DNA of 57,832 bases from Candidatus Aminicenantes bacterium (GTDB lineage: Bacteria > Acidobacteriota > Aminicenantia > UBA2199): positions 1 through 57,832 of the forward strand of contig JAUWQW010000004.1 of the NCBI GenBank assembly GCA_030610885.1, in the 5' to 3' direction. Below the pieces are notes generated by a model that made no database searches, was not told the origin of the DNA, and was given only the letters and a program-made list of their open reading frames with translations. A program made the position numbers and the translations under genes. This document shows, piece after piece, positions 29,636-39,618 of this stretch; the stretch's first letter is position 1, and the number at the start of each line of letters is the position of its first letter.

Positions 29636-30883
29636 TTAATTTTTTGAAACTTTTATAAATGGAAATATGATAATTGTGATAATGCCCATTATAATAAGTG
29701 CATAGCTTAACCCAATATATTGGGCAAAAAGTCCCATTAAAAATGAAAAAAGTGCTGAAAAAATGGATTTTAACTGTGATTCTCCTGAAAGTCCAGTTGC
29801 CATAATATGTGAAGAGATAAATTCACTTATGTATCCAATGTTAAGGGGTCTTCTTAGATTTTCATTCAGGAATGTTAAAACAAAGAAAATGATTGAAAAA
29901 ATATATAGGTTAAAACCTAGAAATAATCCAGATATTATAACAAAGATTGCACCTGCTACAAAAGTAAGGTTAATACCAGAGGGAATATTCTTGATCTTTT
30001 CTGAAAAGGGGCCTGCAGCTCTTGATGCGTATGAAGTTAATATATATAAAAAAAAGTAAACTAAACCTATGAGAATCGAACTTTTTTGTTTTGTGTCTAA
30101 AAAAGTAAATAATGGCAGAGCTAGAGCATAGTTTTTTAAAATAGGCTGTAAATAATCTTTTGTTCCTTTATGAAGACCACTAAAAACTGAGGAATTCATA
30201 AGTGCCTTAATTGTGAATTTATCTTTAAATATATTAATAAAATCTCTTATTGTTGATTTTAACCTTTGTTTAATCCTGAGAACAAGATTACCTTTTAATG
30301 GTTTTATTTCTCCGTCAAGAGATTTTGGATAAGAAAACATTAAAAACAGTTCTAAAATATATGGAATAATGGATGCGAGAAATACGATTTTGTAAGAACC
30401 TGTGCGAAATACGAGACACATAGCAATAATAGATGACAGAGCTGAGCCTAATTGAGAGGCGCTTCTTGTATGCCCATAATAGTGTATTTTTAAGTGTTTT
30501 ATTTTTTTAATCTCAAGGTAAGATAGGATCATAGCTTTATGAGTTCCTGTGCGAAAAGCCTCACCAATAGAGAAAAAAATCATTGCAATAATATATGAGG
30601 TGAACCCGGGAACAAAGTAAAAGATAATAAAAGAGAAAATATATGAGGTAAAAGAAAAAATCATAGATTTTCTTCTTCCAAAACTATCTGCAATTATTCC
30701 GGTTGGAAGTTCAAATATATTTGTTGAAATTTCTCTAATTGAATAAAGTATTCCTATCTGTATGTAATTAATTCCCATTTCCAGGAAAAAAAGTATGAGA
30801 AAGGGTTCAAAAAAGCGAAGGTTTTTCAAAAAACCATATGCTGAAAATTTATAGAATTGAAGATTCTTTGGAATCTTTTCCAT
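29636..30883 (-). CDS. MFS transporter
   Basis: About 12 hydrophobic segments; ELPTGIIADSFGRRKS motif A. Confidence 0.9.
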   Translation of the reverse strand: MEKIPKNLQFYKFSAYGFLKNLRFFEPFLILFFLEMGINYIQIGILYSIREISTNIFELPTGIIADSFGRRKSMIFSFTSYIFSFIIFYFVPGFTSYIIAMIFFSIGEAFRTGTHKAMILSYLEIKKIKHLKIHYYGHTRSASQLGSALSSIIAMCLVFRTGSYKIVFLASIIPYILELFLMFSYPKSLDGEIKPLKGNLVLRIKQRLKSTIRDFINIFKDKFTIKALMNSSVFSGLHKGTKDYLQPILKNYALALPLFTFLDTKQKSSILIGLVYFFLYILTSYASRAAGPFSEKIKNIPSGINLTFVAGAIFVIISGLFLGFNLYIFSIIFFVLTFLNENLRRPLNIGYISEFISSHIMATGLSGESQLKSIFSALFSFLMGLFAQYIGLSYALIIMGIITIIIFPFIKVSKN

Positions 30884-30993
30884 TTTACATTATAGCATAT
30901 ACAATGGGTATTTTTTTCGTCATTTAAAGTCTTTCTTTTTACTTTAAAAAGTGTTAAAATGTCGCTTGAATTTAAAAATAGGAGAATCGGATT

Positions 30994-32037
30994 ATGACAA
31001 AAAAAATTATTATTCTTTTAGTAGTTACTTTTTTCTTAGTTCAGGGCATTGCTTTTAGTGCTGGGAATGAAGTACCGAAAAAAGCCTTAAAATTAGAGAA
31101 AAAGGGAGATAAAGCTCTACAAAAGAGTGAATTTGATAAAGCAATGGAGTATTATAATGAGGCATTAAAAATCTATGCAGAAAACGACCAGATTCATTGT
31201 AAAATCGCGTCCGTATTTACTGCTCAAAAAAATGATATCGAAGCTGTCAATCATCTTGAAAAGGCATTGGAGATAAATCCTGAGAATCAAATGGCAGGTA
31301 AAGCATTAATTCAAAAATATTTTATATTAGGTAATGAACAGTTAAGACAGAATAAGACTGATAAAGCTAATGAATATTATTTGAAGTTATTGGGAGTTTC
31401 AGGTGCAGAAAATCTGGGAAAAGAGTTTTATTCAAAAACAATATATCAGCTGGGAGTTAATTATTTTACTATAAGAAAGTATAAGAAATCAAATGAGCAT
31501 TTACTGAAATTGGTAAAAATGCCTGGGATTGAGACTGATTCTGCTAAATTTTTCTCAATAGCTCATTATTTAATGGGTATGAATTTTGTTCAGCTGCAAG
31601 ATCTAAAGAAATCAAATGAATACTTATTGAAATTTTTAGAAATGAATAAAGAGGATTCATCCAGCCAATTTGTAGCAATAGCAAACTTTATTATTGGTTC
31701 AAATAATTATGAATTGTTAGAAAAAGAGGCAAAAAAGATAGAAAAGGATGCTTCAATAAAAAACATAAGAGATAAAAAGATAAAGATTGCTGAATTAGCT
31801 AAAGAAACAAAAGATATTGAGCCTTATCTTAAAAAGGCTATAGATATTAAGCCAGATCTTGAGGATGCTTGTAAATATTTAGGTAATTATTATATGAGAT
31901 GCCAGAGTAAGGAAGAAGCTTTAAAAATTTATAAGTTGCTTGTTGAAAAATTTCCAAATTCTCCGCAAATATCAGCTTACAAGAAGATTGTACAAGATAT
32001 TGAAAAGATGATCTCTGTAGAGAAGAAAGATAAATAG
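30994..32037 (+). CDS. Exported tetratricopeptide repeat protein
   Basis: Signal peptide; repeated A..Y..AL...P TPR pattern. Confidence 0.8.
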   Translation: MTKKIIILLVVTFFLVQGIAFSAGNEVPKKALKLEKKGDKALQKSEFDKAMEYYNEALKIYAENDQIHCKIASVFTAQKNDIEAVNHLEKALEINPENQMAGKALIQKYFILGNEQLRQNKTDKANEYYLKLLGVSGAENLGKEFYSKTIYQLGVNYFTIRKYKKSNEHLLKLVKMPGIETDSAKFFSIAHYLMGMNFVQLQDLKKSNEYLLKFLEMNKEDSSSQFVAIANFIIGSNNYELLEKEAKKIEKDASIKNIRDKKIKIAELAKETKDIEPYLKKAIDIKPDLEDACKYLGNYYMRCQSKEEALKIYKLLVEKFPNSPQISAYKKIVQDIEKMISVEKKDK

Positions 32038-32191
32038 TTATAACACGATATACAAGTAAGTTAGTTCGATTTAATATTTAATCTAAAATTTATATGATGG
32101 GATTCTTATATAAATTTTTTTAAACAACCAAATTCGACAGCAACTTGACAATAACAGACTTAGATTAATTTGATAATTATTTAATTAGGTA

Positions 32192-32220
32192 TTGACAAGC
32201 CTTAAAAATTGTACTATATT
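32192..32220 (+). promoter_or_regulatory. Sigma70-type promoter of dnaK
   Basis: TTGACA-N17-TATATT. Confidence 0.6.
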
Positions 32221-32293
32221 GTTTTTTGGATAGAAAAAAAATATATTGTGGAATTATTAATGTTATACATTTCACAGAATAAGGAGATAAAAT

Positions 32294-34228
32294 ATGGGAA
32301 AAATTATTGGAATTGATCTTGGAACAACAAATTCATGTGTTTCTATAATGGAAAAAGGAGAAATAAAGATCATAGAGAATTCTGAAGGGGGTAGGACAAC
32401 TCCTTCTGTTGTAGGATTTACAAAGGATGGAGAGAAGCTCGTGGGGCAGGTTGCAAAGAGGCAGTCTGTAACTAATCCTGAGAATACCATCTATTCTATA
32501 AAGAGATTTATGGGAAGAAGGTATTCTGAAGTGAGTGAAGAAATTAAGATGGTTCCTTATAAAGTTGTAAAAGGACCAAAGGATGGAGCTAGAGTTGAGG
32601 TTATGGGAAAACAGTATTCTCCTCCTGAAATATCTGCTTTGATTTTGCAGAAATTAAGGAAGGCAGCTGAAGATTATCTTGGAGAAAAGGTAACAGATGC
32701 TGTTATTACTGTTCCAGCATACTTTAATGATTCACAAAGACAGGCAACAAAAGATGCAGGGAAAATTGCTGGACTTGAAGTAAAGAGAATAATCAATGAA
32801 CCTACAGCAGCAGCACTTGCTTATGGCCTTGATAAAAAAAAGGATCAACTTATTGCTGTTTTTGATTTTGGTGGTGGAACTTTTGACATATCAATTCTTG
32901 AAATTGGTGAAAATATTGTTGAGGTAAAATCAACAAATGGTGATACTCATCTCGGAGGAGATAATATTGACCAGAGATTGATTAACTGGATAATTGATGA
33001 GTTTAAAAAAGACCAGGGGATCGATTTATCAAAAGATAAAATGGTACTTCAGAGGTTGAAAGAAGCTGCGGAAAAGGCTAAAATTGAACTTTCAACAACA
33101 ATGGAAACTGAGATAAACCTTCCATTTATTACTGCTGATGCTTCTGGGCCAAAACATCTTGTAATGAAATTAACAAGAGCAAAATTTGAACAACTTACAG
33201 GTGATCTTTTAGAAAAAACCCTTGCCCCTTGTAAGATTGCTGTAAAAGATGCTGGAATTAGTCTTTCTGATATAAAAGAGGTGGTTCTTGTAGGTGGTTC
33301 AACAAGAATTCCAAAAGTTCAGAAAATCGTAAACGATTTTTTTGGGAAAGAGCCATGTAAGGGTGTTAATCCTGATGAGGTTGTTGCAGCTGGAGCTGCA
33401 GTTCAGGGAGCTGTTCTGGGTGGAGAAGCAAAGGATATACTTTTGCTTGATGTAACTCCGCTCTCTCTTGGAATTGAAACTCTTGGTTCTATAGCTCATA
33501 AACTGATTGAAAAAAATACAACTATTCCCACAAAGAAAACAGATGTATTTACAACAGCTGAAGATAATCAGCAAAGTGTTGAAATACATATTCTGCAGGG
33601 AGAAAGGGAAATGGCTCAGGATAACAGGACTCTGGGAAGATTTACTTTGACTGGTATTCCTCCATCACCGCGTGGAGTTCCTCAGGTGGAAGTAACATTT
33701 GACATAGATGCAAATGGTATACTTAATGTTTCTGCAAAGGATAAGGCAACTAGCAAGCAACAGGCAATAACTATCACATCATCAAGTGGATTGTCTGAAG
33801 AAGAGATTGATCAGATGATTAAAGATGCTGAAAAAAATAGAGAAGAGGATAAAAAGAAAAAAGATGCTATTGAAAATAAAAACAAATTGGACCAACTTGC
33901 ATATGGGCTTGAAAAACTCGTAAAGGAGAATAAGGATAAGATACCTGAAGATATGGTATCTGAGGTTGATGAATCTGTTAAAAGTGCAAAAGAAGCTGTT
34001 AAAAGTGAAGATAATGATCGGATTTTGGAAGAGATTGAGAAGATCAATAAATTAACATCCAAGCTTTCTACTGAACTTTATAAAACTGCAGATGCTCAAG
34101 CTGAACAACAACCTCAAGATACTAAAGAGGCTGAAGAGAAAAAAGAGGAACCCAAGACATCTTCTGAAGAAGGAGAAGTTATAGATGCTGAATATGAAGA
34201 TATAGATAAGGACAAAAGTAAAGAATAA
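32294..34228 (+). CDS. dnaK: Chaperone DnaK
   Basis: [25 protein letters not shown] and NPDEVVA; carries the diderm-type N-domain insertion. Confidence 0.99.
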   Translation: MGKIIGIDLGTTNSCVSIMEKGEIKIIENSEGGRTTPSVVGFTKDGEKLVGQVAKRQSVTNPENTIYSIKRFMGRRYSEVSEEIKMVPYKVVKGPKDGARVEVMGKQYSPPEISALILQKLRKAAEDYLGEKVTDAVITVPAYFNDSQRQATKDAGKIAGLEVKRIINEPTAAALAYGLDKKKDQLIAVFDFGGGTFDISILEIGENIVEVKSTNGDTHLGGDNIDQRLINWIIDEFKKDQGIDLSKDKMVLQRLKEAAEKAKIELSTTMETEINLPFITADASGPKHLVMKLTRAKFEQLTGDLLEKTLAPCKIAVKDAGISLSDIKEVVLVGGSTRIPKVQKIVNDFFGKEPCKGVNPDEVVAAGAAVQGAVLGGEAKDILLLDVTPLSLGIETLGSIAHKLIEKNTTIPTKKTDVFTTAEDNQQSVEIHILQGEREMAQDNRTLGRFTLTGIPPSPRGVPQVEVTFDIDANGILNVSAKDKATSKQQAITITSSSGLSEEEIDQMIKDAEKNREEDKKKKDAIENKNKLDQLAYGLEKLVKENKDKIPEDMVSEVDESVKSAKEAVKSEDNDRILEEIEKINKLTSKLSTELYKTADAQAEQQPQDTKEAEEKKEEPKTSSEEGEVIDAEYEDIDKDKSKE

Positions 34229-34271
34229 AGGCTATCCCCATTATATAAAAGAATCTCTTATTTAGAGATTG

Positions 34272-34308
34272 AAAAAAAGGCAGCTCTTTTTAGAGCTGCC
34301 TTTTTTTT
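34272..34308. terminator. Bidirectional intrinsic terminator
   Basis: A7-GGCAGCTCT-TTTT-AGAGCTGCC-T8 between the convergent dnaK and res genes. Confidence 0.92.
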
Positions 34309-34330
34309 ATATTTTATTGAATAAGATTTT

Positions 34331-36973
34331 TTAATCCAAATCAGAAACCTTCGAAATTGGACCCCTGAAAGTTACATCATCAAATTCCCTGAAATGAGCT
34401 TTGCCACATTGAATTCTTTGTTCTTCGCTCTTTCTTAATTGTTGCCCTTTAGATTTTGTTTCTGCAACAAAATAAACTTTCGTTTCATTCTTTTTTATCA
34501 ATGCCCAATCCGGGTTATATTTTCCGATTGGTGTTTTTATGTGAAACCAGAATGGCAGTTTGAAGTAAAACTCAATATCATCTCTGGATTCACATTCCTT
34601 TGCAAATTCATATTCAATGTTTGAATCGATAGGAATTATGTTATTGTATATTGTTTTATTATTATTCTTAACTTCGAATTTGAGTTTATCTAAATAAATA
34701 TTAATCTCATCATCCTCGAAAAGATGCATTTCATATTCTTTGTTACTGATTTTCTCATATTTTATTCCATTGATGATCAATTCATTCAGAACTTCTTGAA
34801 TCCCTTTTATAGTATAATCCATAAAAAGTTGTGGATTAATGAGCACATCATTTAATCGTTTGGAATTTTTCAATATCTGTAAAATAGTAGAACGGGTTAA
34901 CCCTGTTTTATTTTGAATATAATTCAAAACATCTGGAATTAAGAATTCATTTTCAATATAAATCTTTTTTGAACCTTTTATATCAAACCCAACACCTTCA
35001 TCATCATATTTTATGGCTGTTTTTGTCGATTTTAAAACAATCTTTGTGATTTCCGGGTTTTTTTTTATTTCATTCGAAGCTTTATCAATCAAATCGGAAC
35101 TTTTGTAATTTACACGATATGTTGTTTTATATTTAATTCTTTCCCAGATTTCTTTGAAGTTTTCATCCAGTTCAAAACCTTTTCTGTATTCAACTTTTAT
35201 TCTATCTCTTTTGTTCTTGATTCTGCCTTTGAAAGAAACACCACAATCATCTTCAATCTCTTTTTGAAGCTGCTTTGCAAAATCTTCATAACTCTCATTT
35301 GCTATCACAGTTAAGCGATTAATATTATTATCAAAAATTCTTTCGCCATTCTGGTTTACGGAAAGCCTTAAACCTCGTCCGATTTCCTGTCTTTTCTTAA
35401 GTTCGGATTTGGTTTCATTTAAAGTGCAGATTTGAAAAACATTAGGATTATCCCAGCCTTCACGTAATGCAGAATGACTGAAAATAAATCTCAAAGGTTC
35501 ATTTGAGCTCAATAATTTTTCTTTTTCTTTCATGATCAATTTAAAAGTATCGATGTCTGATTGAGATTTTGCAGACTTTTGAGAATCCTTAAAATGACCT
35601 TTCTTATCCTGTGCAAAGTAACCATTGTGAACTTCATTTATCGAAAATGGAATTAAATCTTTGTATGCTGTTTTTTCTGAATATTTATTAAATATCTCTT
35701 CGAACCAAACTGCAAATTTACCTTTCAATAAATTCCCCGATTCATCATACTTCCTGTAATTAGCGACTTTATCTACGAAGAAAAGAGAAAGAACTTTTAT
35801 TCCCTTCTTTTGTAAGATTCTTTCTTTTTTGAAATGTTCCTCAATTGTTTTTTCTATCTGGAATTTCATTATTTCATCAGTTATTCCGCCACGAGACTCA
35901 CCAACAAAAATATCATCTGCGTTTGATAATGAAATACATTCATTGGAAACATCTATCTCGTTGATGATATAACCGTTTTTGTAAATTTCTCGATAATTGG
36001 ACAATTTATAAAGGTCATCACCAACATTGACAGTTATGGATTTTCTTTCTGCACTATACGTCGTGTTTTGAATTATCTCCATTTTTGCCGATGTTTTTGT
36101 GGTTGTGGAATATACTTTTTGAAGATTTATAAAAGCATCATTAAAATCATTTTCCGAAACTACGGAATCAACCTCGATATGTTTTACCAGACCGAGATCA
36201 TAAGCCTGAACCGGATTCAAACTGTAAACCAAATTATAGAAGTTTGTGTGAGTTGCTGAATATCGAAGGGTGCAGCAATAATTCAGGTTTTCAATAGCTT
36301 TTTTGCGAATCGGAGTTTCCATATTTTGCGGTTCATCTACAATTACGATCGGATTTGTGTATTGAATGAATTCTATCGGTTTTTTGCCGTTTAATTTATC
36401 ATTCGGTCTATTGATTATATTTTCATCTTTGGCAAATGAATCAATGTTTATTACCAAAATTTGGATATTATTATTTGTAGCAAAACCGCGTAAATTAGAG
36501 ACTTTTCCTGAATCATAGACCTCAAAATTTATAGGAGTTTTATCATAAAGGTTTTGAAAATGTTTGTGAGTGATTTGCAGATTTTTTATCACACCTTCAC
36601 GAATGGCAACGCTTGGAACAACGATTACGAATTTCTTGAATCCATAATTTTTGTTTAGTTCATAAATCGTTCTCAGATAAACATAAGTTTTACCTGTTCC
36701 GGTTTCCATTTCAACGGAAAAGTGTTTTCCATCTAATTCTTTTGAAACAGGTTCTATCCCATTTTGTCTTTGAACGGATTGCAGGTTTTTCAGGATTTGT
36801 TCGTCATTCAAAACGATTCTATTCCCAACACCGGTTTCGGAAAATTGCAGACTTGTATCGAAAAATGTAAAATCCAGATCGCTTTGATTTAGCGGTTGTG
36901 CTTCAAACAAATCCACGATTGATTTTATTGCTTCTAATTGGAAGTTCTGATTCGGATCGAATTTTAGGATCAT
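34331..36973 (-). CDS. res: Type III restriction endonuclease subunit Res
   Basis: METGTGKT Walker A, IVDEPQ, RYSATH, EGWDNPNVFQIC, QEIGRGLRL and C-terminal YNPDWA...VAETK nuclease motif; appears intact. Confidence 0.95.
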   Translation of the reverse strand: MILKFDPNQNFQLEAIKSIVDLFEAQPLNQSDLDFTFFDTSLQFSETGVGNRIVLNDEQILKNLQSVQRQNGIEPVSKELDGKHFSVEMETGTGKTYVYLRTIYELNKNYGFKKFVIVVPSVAIREGVIKNLQITHKHFQNLYDKTPINFEVYDSGKVSNLRGFATNNNIQILVINIDSFAKDENIINRPNDKLNGKKPIEFIQYTNPIVIVDEPQNMETPIRKKAIENLNYCCTLRYSATHTNFYNLVYSLNPVQAYDLGLVKHIEVDSVVSENDFNDAFINLQKVYSTTTKTSAKMEIIQNTTYSAERKSITVNVGDDLYKLSNYREIYKNGYIINEIDVSNECISLSNADDIFVGESRGGITDEIMKFQIEKTIEEHFKKERILQKKGIKVLSLFFVDKVANYRKYDESGNLLKGKFAVWFEEIFNKYSEKTAYKDLIPFSINEVHNGYFAQDKKGHFKDSQKSAKSQSDIDTFKLIMKEKEKLLSSNEPLRFIFSHSALREGWDNPNVFQICTLNETKSELKKRQEIGRGLRLSVNQNGERIFDNNINRLTVIANESYEDFAKQLQKEIEDDCGVSFKGRIKNKRDRIKVEYRKGFELDENFKEIWERIKYKTTYRVNYKSSDLIDKASNEIKKNPEITKIVLKSTKTAIKYDDEGVGFDIKGSKKIYIENEFLIPDVLNYIQNKTGLTRSTILQILKNSKRLNDVLINPQLFMDYTIKGIQEVLNELIINGIKYEKISNKEYEMHLFEDDEINIYLDKLKFEVKNNNKTIYNNIIPIDSNIEYEFAKECESRDDIEFYFKLPFWFHIKTPIGKYNPDWALIKKNETKVYFVAETKSKGQQLRKSEEQRIQCGKAHFREFDDVTFRGPISKVSDLD

Positions 36974-36975
36974 AT

Positions 36976-37590
36976 TTATGACACAAGACTGTTCACAAAT
37001 AATGTGTACAAGCCGTCCTTTTCATTGTTTTTGTATGCTCTCAAAAAGGATTTTACTTCTTTATTTTTATTTATGTAAATTATACCAATATTGTTATTGC
37101 GAAATAAATCAGTATCAACATTTTTTAGTGATTTTTCCAATAAAGCAACATAGCAATAGTCTGCGAATTTCTTATAACGAAGTGCCTGACAAAAAGCTTC
37201 TTTCCATTTACTAAGTTTTGCTTCAACAGCAACAATGGTAGCTTTTGATTTTTCGATTTGTTTTGTTCTCTTGTAATAATTGTTATTTCTACTAATTAAT
37301 CCAGCAAGCATAAATTGTTTTAATAAATTATATTTAAGATAATTGGAAGAGTAGGATGAATATTGAATAATACTTTCAAATGGAATCCATTTATTATATT
37401 TCATTGAAATAAGTAAATTAACTTCGAATATGTTGTTGAAAGAATAATCCATAGAATTATAAACATTTTTTACAGCTACAACATCTGCGACTCCATAACC
37501 AGAATTTATTTCATTTTTAACAATAGAATAACCTTTTGTATTAATAAAATACTCGTTAATAATTGGAATCATTTCTTTTTCATATTTCAT
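36976..37590 (-). CDS. Small PD-(D/E)xK nuclease-like protein with inserted winged-helix-like segment
   Basis: E27...GVAD36, VE123AK125 and Q135ALRY139; about 85 aa separate D from ExK; RBS AGGTG overlaps the kinase stop. Confidence 0.7.
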   Translation of the reverse strand: MKYEKEMIPIINEYFINTKGYSIVKNEINSGYGVADVVAVKNVYNSMDYSFNNIFEVNLLISMKYNKWIPFESIIQYSSYSSNYLKYNLLKQFMLAGLISRNNNYYKRTKQIEKSKATIVAVEAKLSKWKEAFCQALRYKKFADYCYVALLEKSLKNVDTDLFRNNNIGIIYINKNKEVKSFLRAYKNNEKDGLYTLFVNSLVS

Positions 37591-37598
37591 TTTAACAC

Positions 37599-39608
37599 CT
37601 ATTTTAAAAATTCTGAGAATACTTCAAACCAAACATCAATATAATATAAAGGTGGAAGTTTAATATTTGCTTTTTGAATTTTACGAATATTTGATTTTGC
37701 TTCCTTTATAATCTCTAAAAAGTTAAAATTATTATCATTTATTTGATTGATTTCATTCATACGCAATTCTAAGAAATGACATTTACTTGCTTTAGAAATT
37801 GATGCTAAATCATATTTGTTTTTACAGAATTTACAATCACATCTTAGTTCAGCAAATTTTTTTAAGATTTCTACCGCTAATTGAACATTGACTGTTAAAA
37901 GAGCTTTTTGAATATAGTATTTTCTATTCATAGTATAATGAGATTGCCTATTTGAAAGAAGCATTTCCGCATTGAAACTTGAAAGTGAAGCTATCCCTTG
38001 TGAAAAAGCATCAATTCCCAAATCCAATAGACCTAAGCCTAAAGTACCAACTCGAGCAGCAATAACGGGACGCTTAAGTTTTTTGAATTTCAGTAATAAA
38101 TCAATGTATGAGTATAATTGAGAAGGATTTGAAGTTTTTTCGTAAATATTATTTATATAAAATATAAAACCATCTGGTAAGATCCTTGAAAATTTATTAA
38201 TTAATTCGAGCCTGTTTTCTTCATCAGTAAGATCCTCGATATCTAAACAAATTCCAGCATAAACATCATGAGGAATATCATTTTCACTTTTAAAAGCAAT
38301 TGACTCTTCAAGTAGTTTTAAGTCAATAGATAACCATGGATCATTTATGGATTTAGAATAATGAAAAGGAGCTACTAAAAATTTTGTTTTCCATTTTAAC
38401 TGCCAGGATAATACATCTGCAACATATTTTGTTATTGAGTTTAAAGATTCTAATTTACCAGGTGTAAGTCTATTATATTTGTCATAGATATATGGTAAAT
38501 TAACAAGACCTTTCGTTTCTGTAAATTTTGAATAAGTAAGTCTATTTGTAGAAGGATCAAAATAGAAGGGAATATTAAAAGATTTCAAATCAATTAATTG
38601 AGCTTTATATTTAGGAAGATAATTTGCTGGAAATTCTACACCATCAATTCTACCATTATTCTTTATATAAGATTCTATTTCGCCTTTTTCATTGTGCATA
38701 AGACGGATAAAAAACTTCTTTTTTTCGAACGATTTATCGTCTTCATTTTGTAAATCTATGTTTACTTTAAAAAACGGAATTTCATTTAATATATTTTTTA
38801 ATTCATGAGCATTCTGAAAAGGTCTTAAATAAGGTTGTTTTTCTAAAAGTTTAAGTATTATATTTTCTAATAAGTTTGAAATATCTTTAAGTTTTTCACT
38901 TATTCTTTCAGGTGGTTTTTTTACAATATTATTTAATAATACAAAGATGTTTTCACCAGAAAAAGGATATTCATTTGTAAATATATAATAAAGTAAAACT
39001 CCAAAAGAGAATAGGTCACTACGAAAATCAATTGATTTTCCTTCGATGATTTCAGGTGACATGAATAAAGGAGTACCTACGATTTTACCTCTTGTTGTTA
39101 TTGTGCTGTAATCAAGCATTTTTACTAAACCGAAATCAAGAAGTTTTACATTATCATCTTTTGTAATGAAAATATTAGCTGGTTTTAAATCTCTATGAAT
39201 TATTGATTGACTATGTATAGCAAACAAACCTTCAAGTATACCTGAGAAAATTTCCTTCATTTTAACTTCGTTAGAAATCAATTGCTCCCTGAAATTATTC
39301 AGATATTTATTAAAATCCATTCCTTCAATTAATTCCATAACAATATAATAATGTTCAATATTTTTATCCAACCAAACACCGCTATCATAATATTTTACAA
39401 CATACTCTGATTTTACTTTTTGTAAACTTCTAACTTCTCGATCAAATCTTTTATAACCTCCTGATTGGATTTCGTCGCTCATTGCTTCAGGTTTTAATAT
39501 TTTTATTGCGAAAATATCATCATTTTTTATTGCTTTATATGTATGACCAAAAGCACCACTTCCAATTGCTTCTGTGATTTTATAACCATTAATATTTAAT
39601 CCAATCAT
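37599..39608 (-). CDS. Hanks-type Ser/Thr kinase fused to a ~370-aa TGT-like/beta-protein-like Zn-binding domain
   Basis: GSGAFG, AIK, RE, HRDLKPAN, DFG, GTPLFMSPE and SDLFSFG are all intact; no TM helix; C-terminal FDP, GIDAFS and CDCKFC-x15-H. The kinase call is firm; the C-domain call is tentative. Confidence 0.85.
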   Translation of the reverse strand: MIGLNINGYKITEAIGSGAFGHTYKAIKNDDIFAIKILKPEAMSDEIQSGGYKRFDREVRSLQKVKSEYVVKYYDSGVWLDKNIEHYYIVMELIEGMDFNKYLNNFREQLISNEVKMKEIFSGILEGLFAIHSQSIIHRDLKPANIFITKDDNVKLLDFGLVKMLDYSTITTRGKIVGTPLFMSPEIIEGKSIDFRSDLFSFGVLLYYIFTNEYPFSGENIFVLLNNIVKKPPERISEKLKDISNLLENIILKLLEKQPYLRPFQNAHELKNILNEIPFFKVNIDLQNEDDKSFEKKKFFIRLMHNEKGEIESYIKNNGRIDGVEFPANYLPKYKAQLIDLKSFNIPFYFDPSTNRLTYSKFTETKGLVNLPYIYDKYNRLTPGKLESLNSITKYVADVLSWQLKWKTKFLVAPFHYSKSINDPWLSIDLKLLEESIAFKSENDIPHDVYAGICLDIEDLTDEENRLELINKFSRILPDGFIFYINNIYEKTSNPSQLYSYIDLLLKFKKLKRPVIAARVGTLGLGLLDLGIDAFSQGIASLSSFNAEMLLSNRQSHYTMNRKYYIQKALLTVNVQLAVEILKKFAELRCDCKFCKNKYDLASISKASKCHFLELRMNEINQINDNNFNFLEIIKEAKSNIRKIQKANIKLPPLYYIDVWFEVFSEFLK

Positions 39609-39618
39609 TCTGTCATCC

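Noticed and set aside
37599-39608. Assigning the kinase to BREX PglW, or calling it an active DpdA DNA-modifying enzyme
   Set aside because: It lacks the NERD and dual-kinase architecture, no pgl/brx or dpd/que genes are nearby, and the TGT nucleophile position is Ser.
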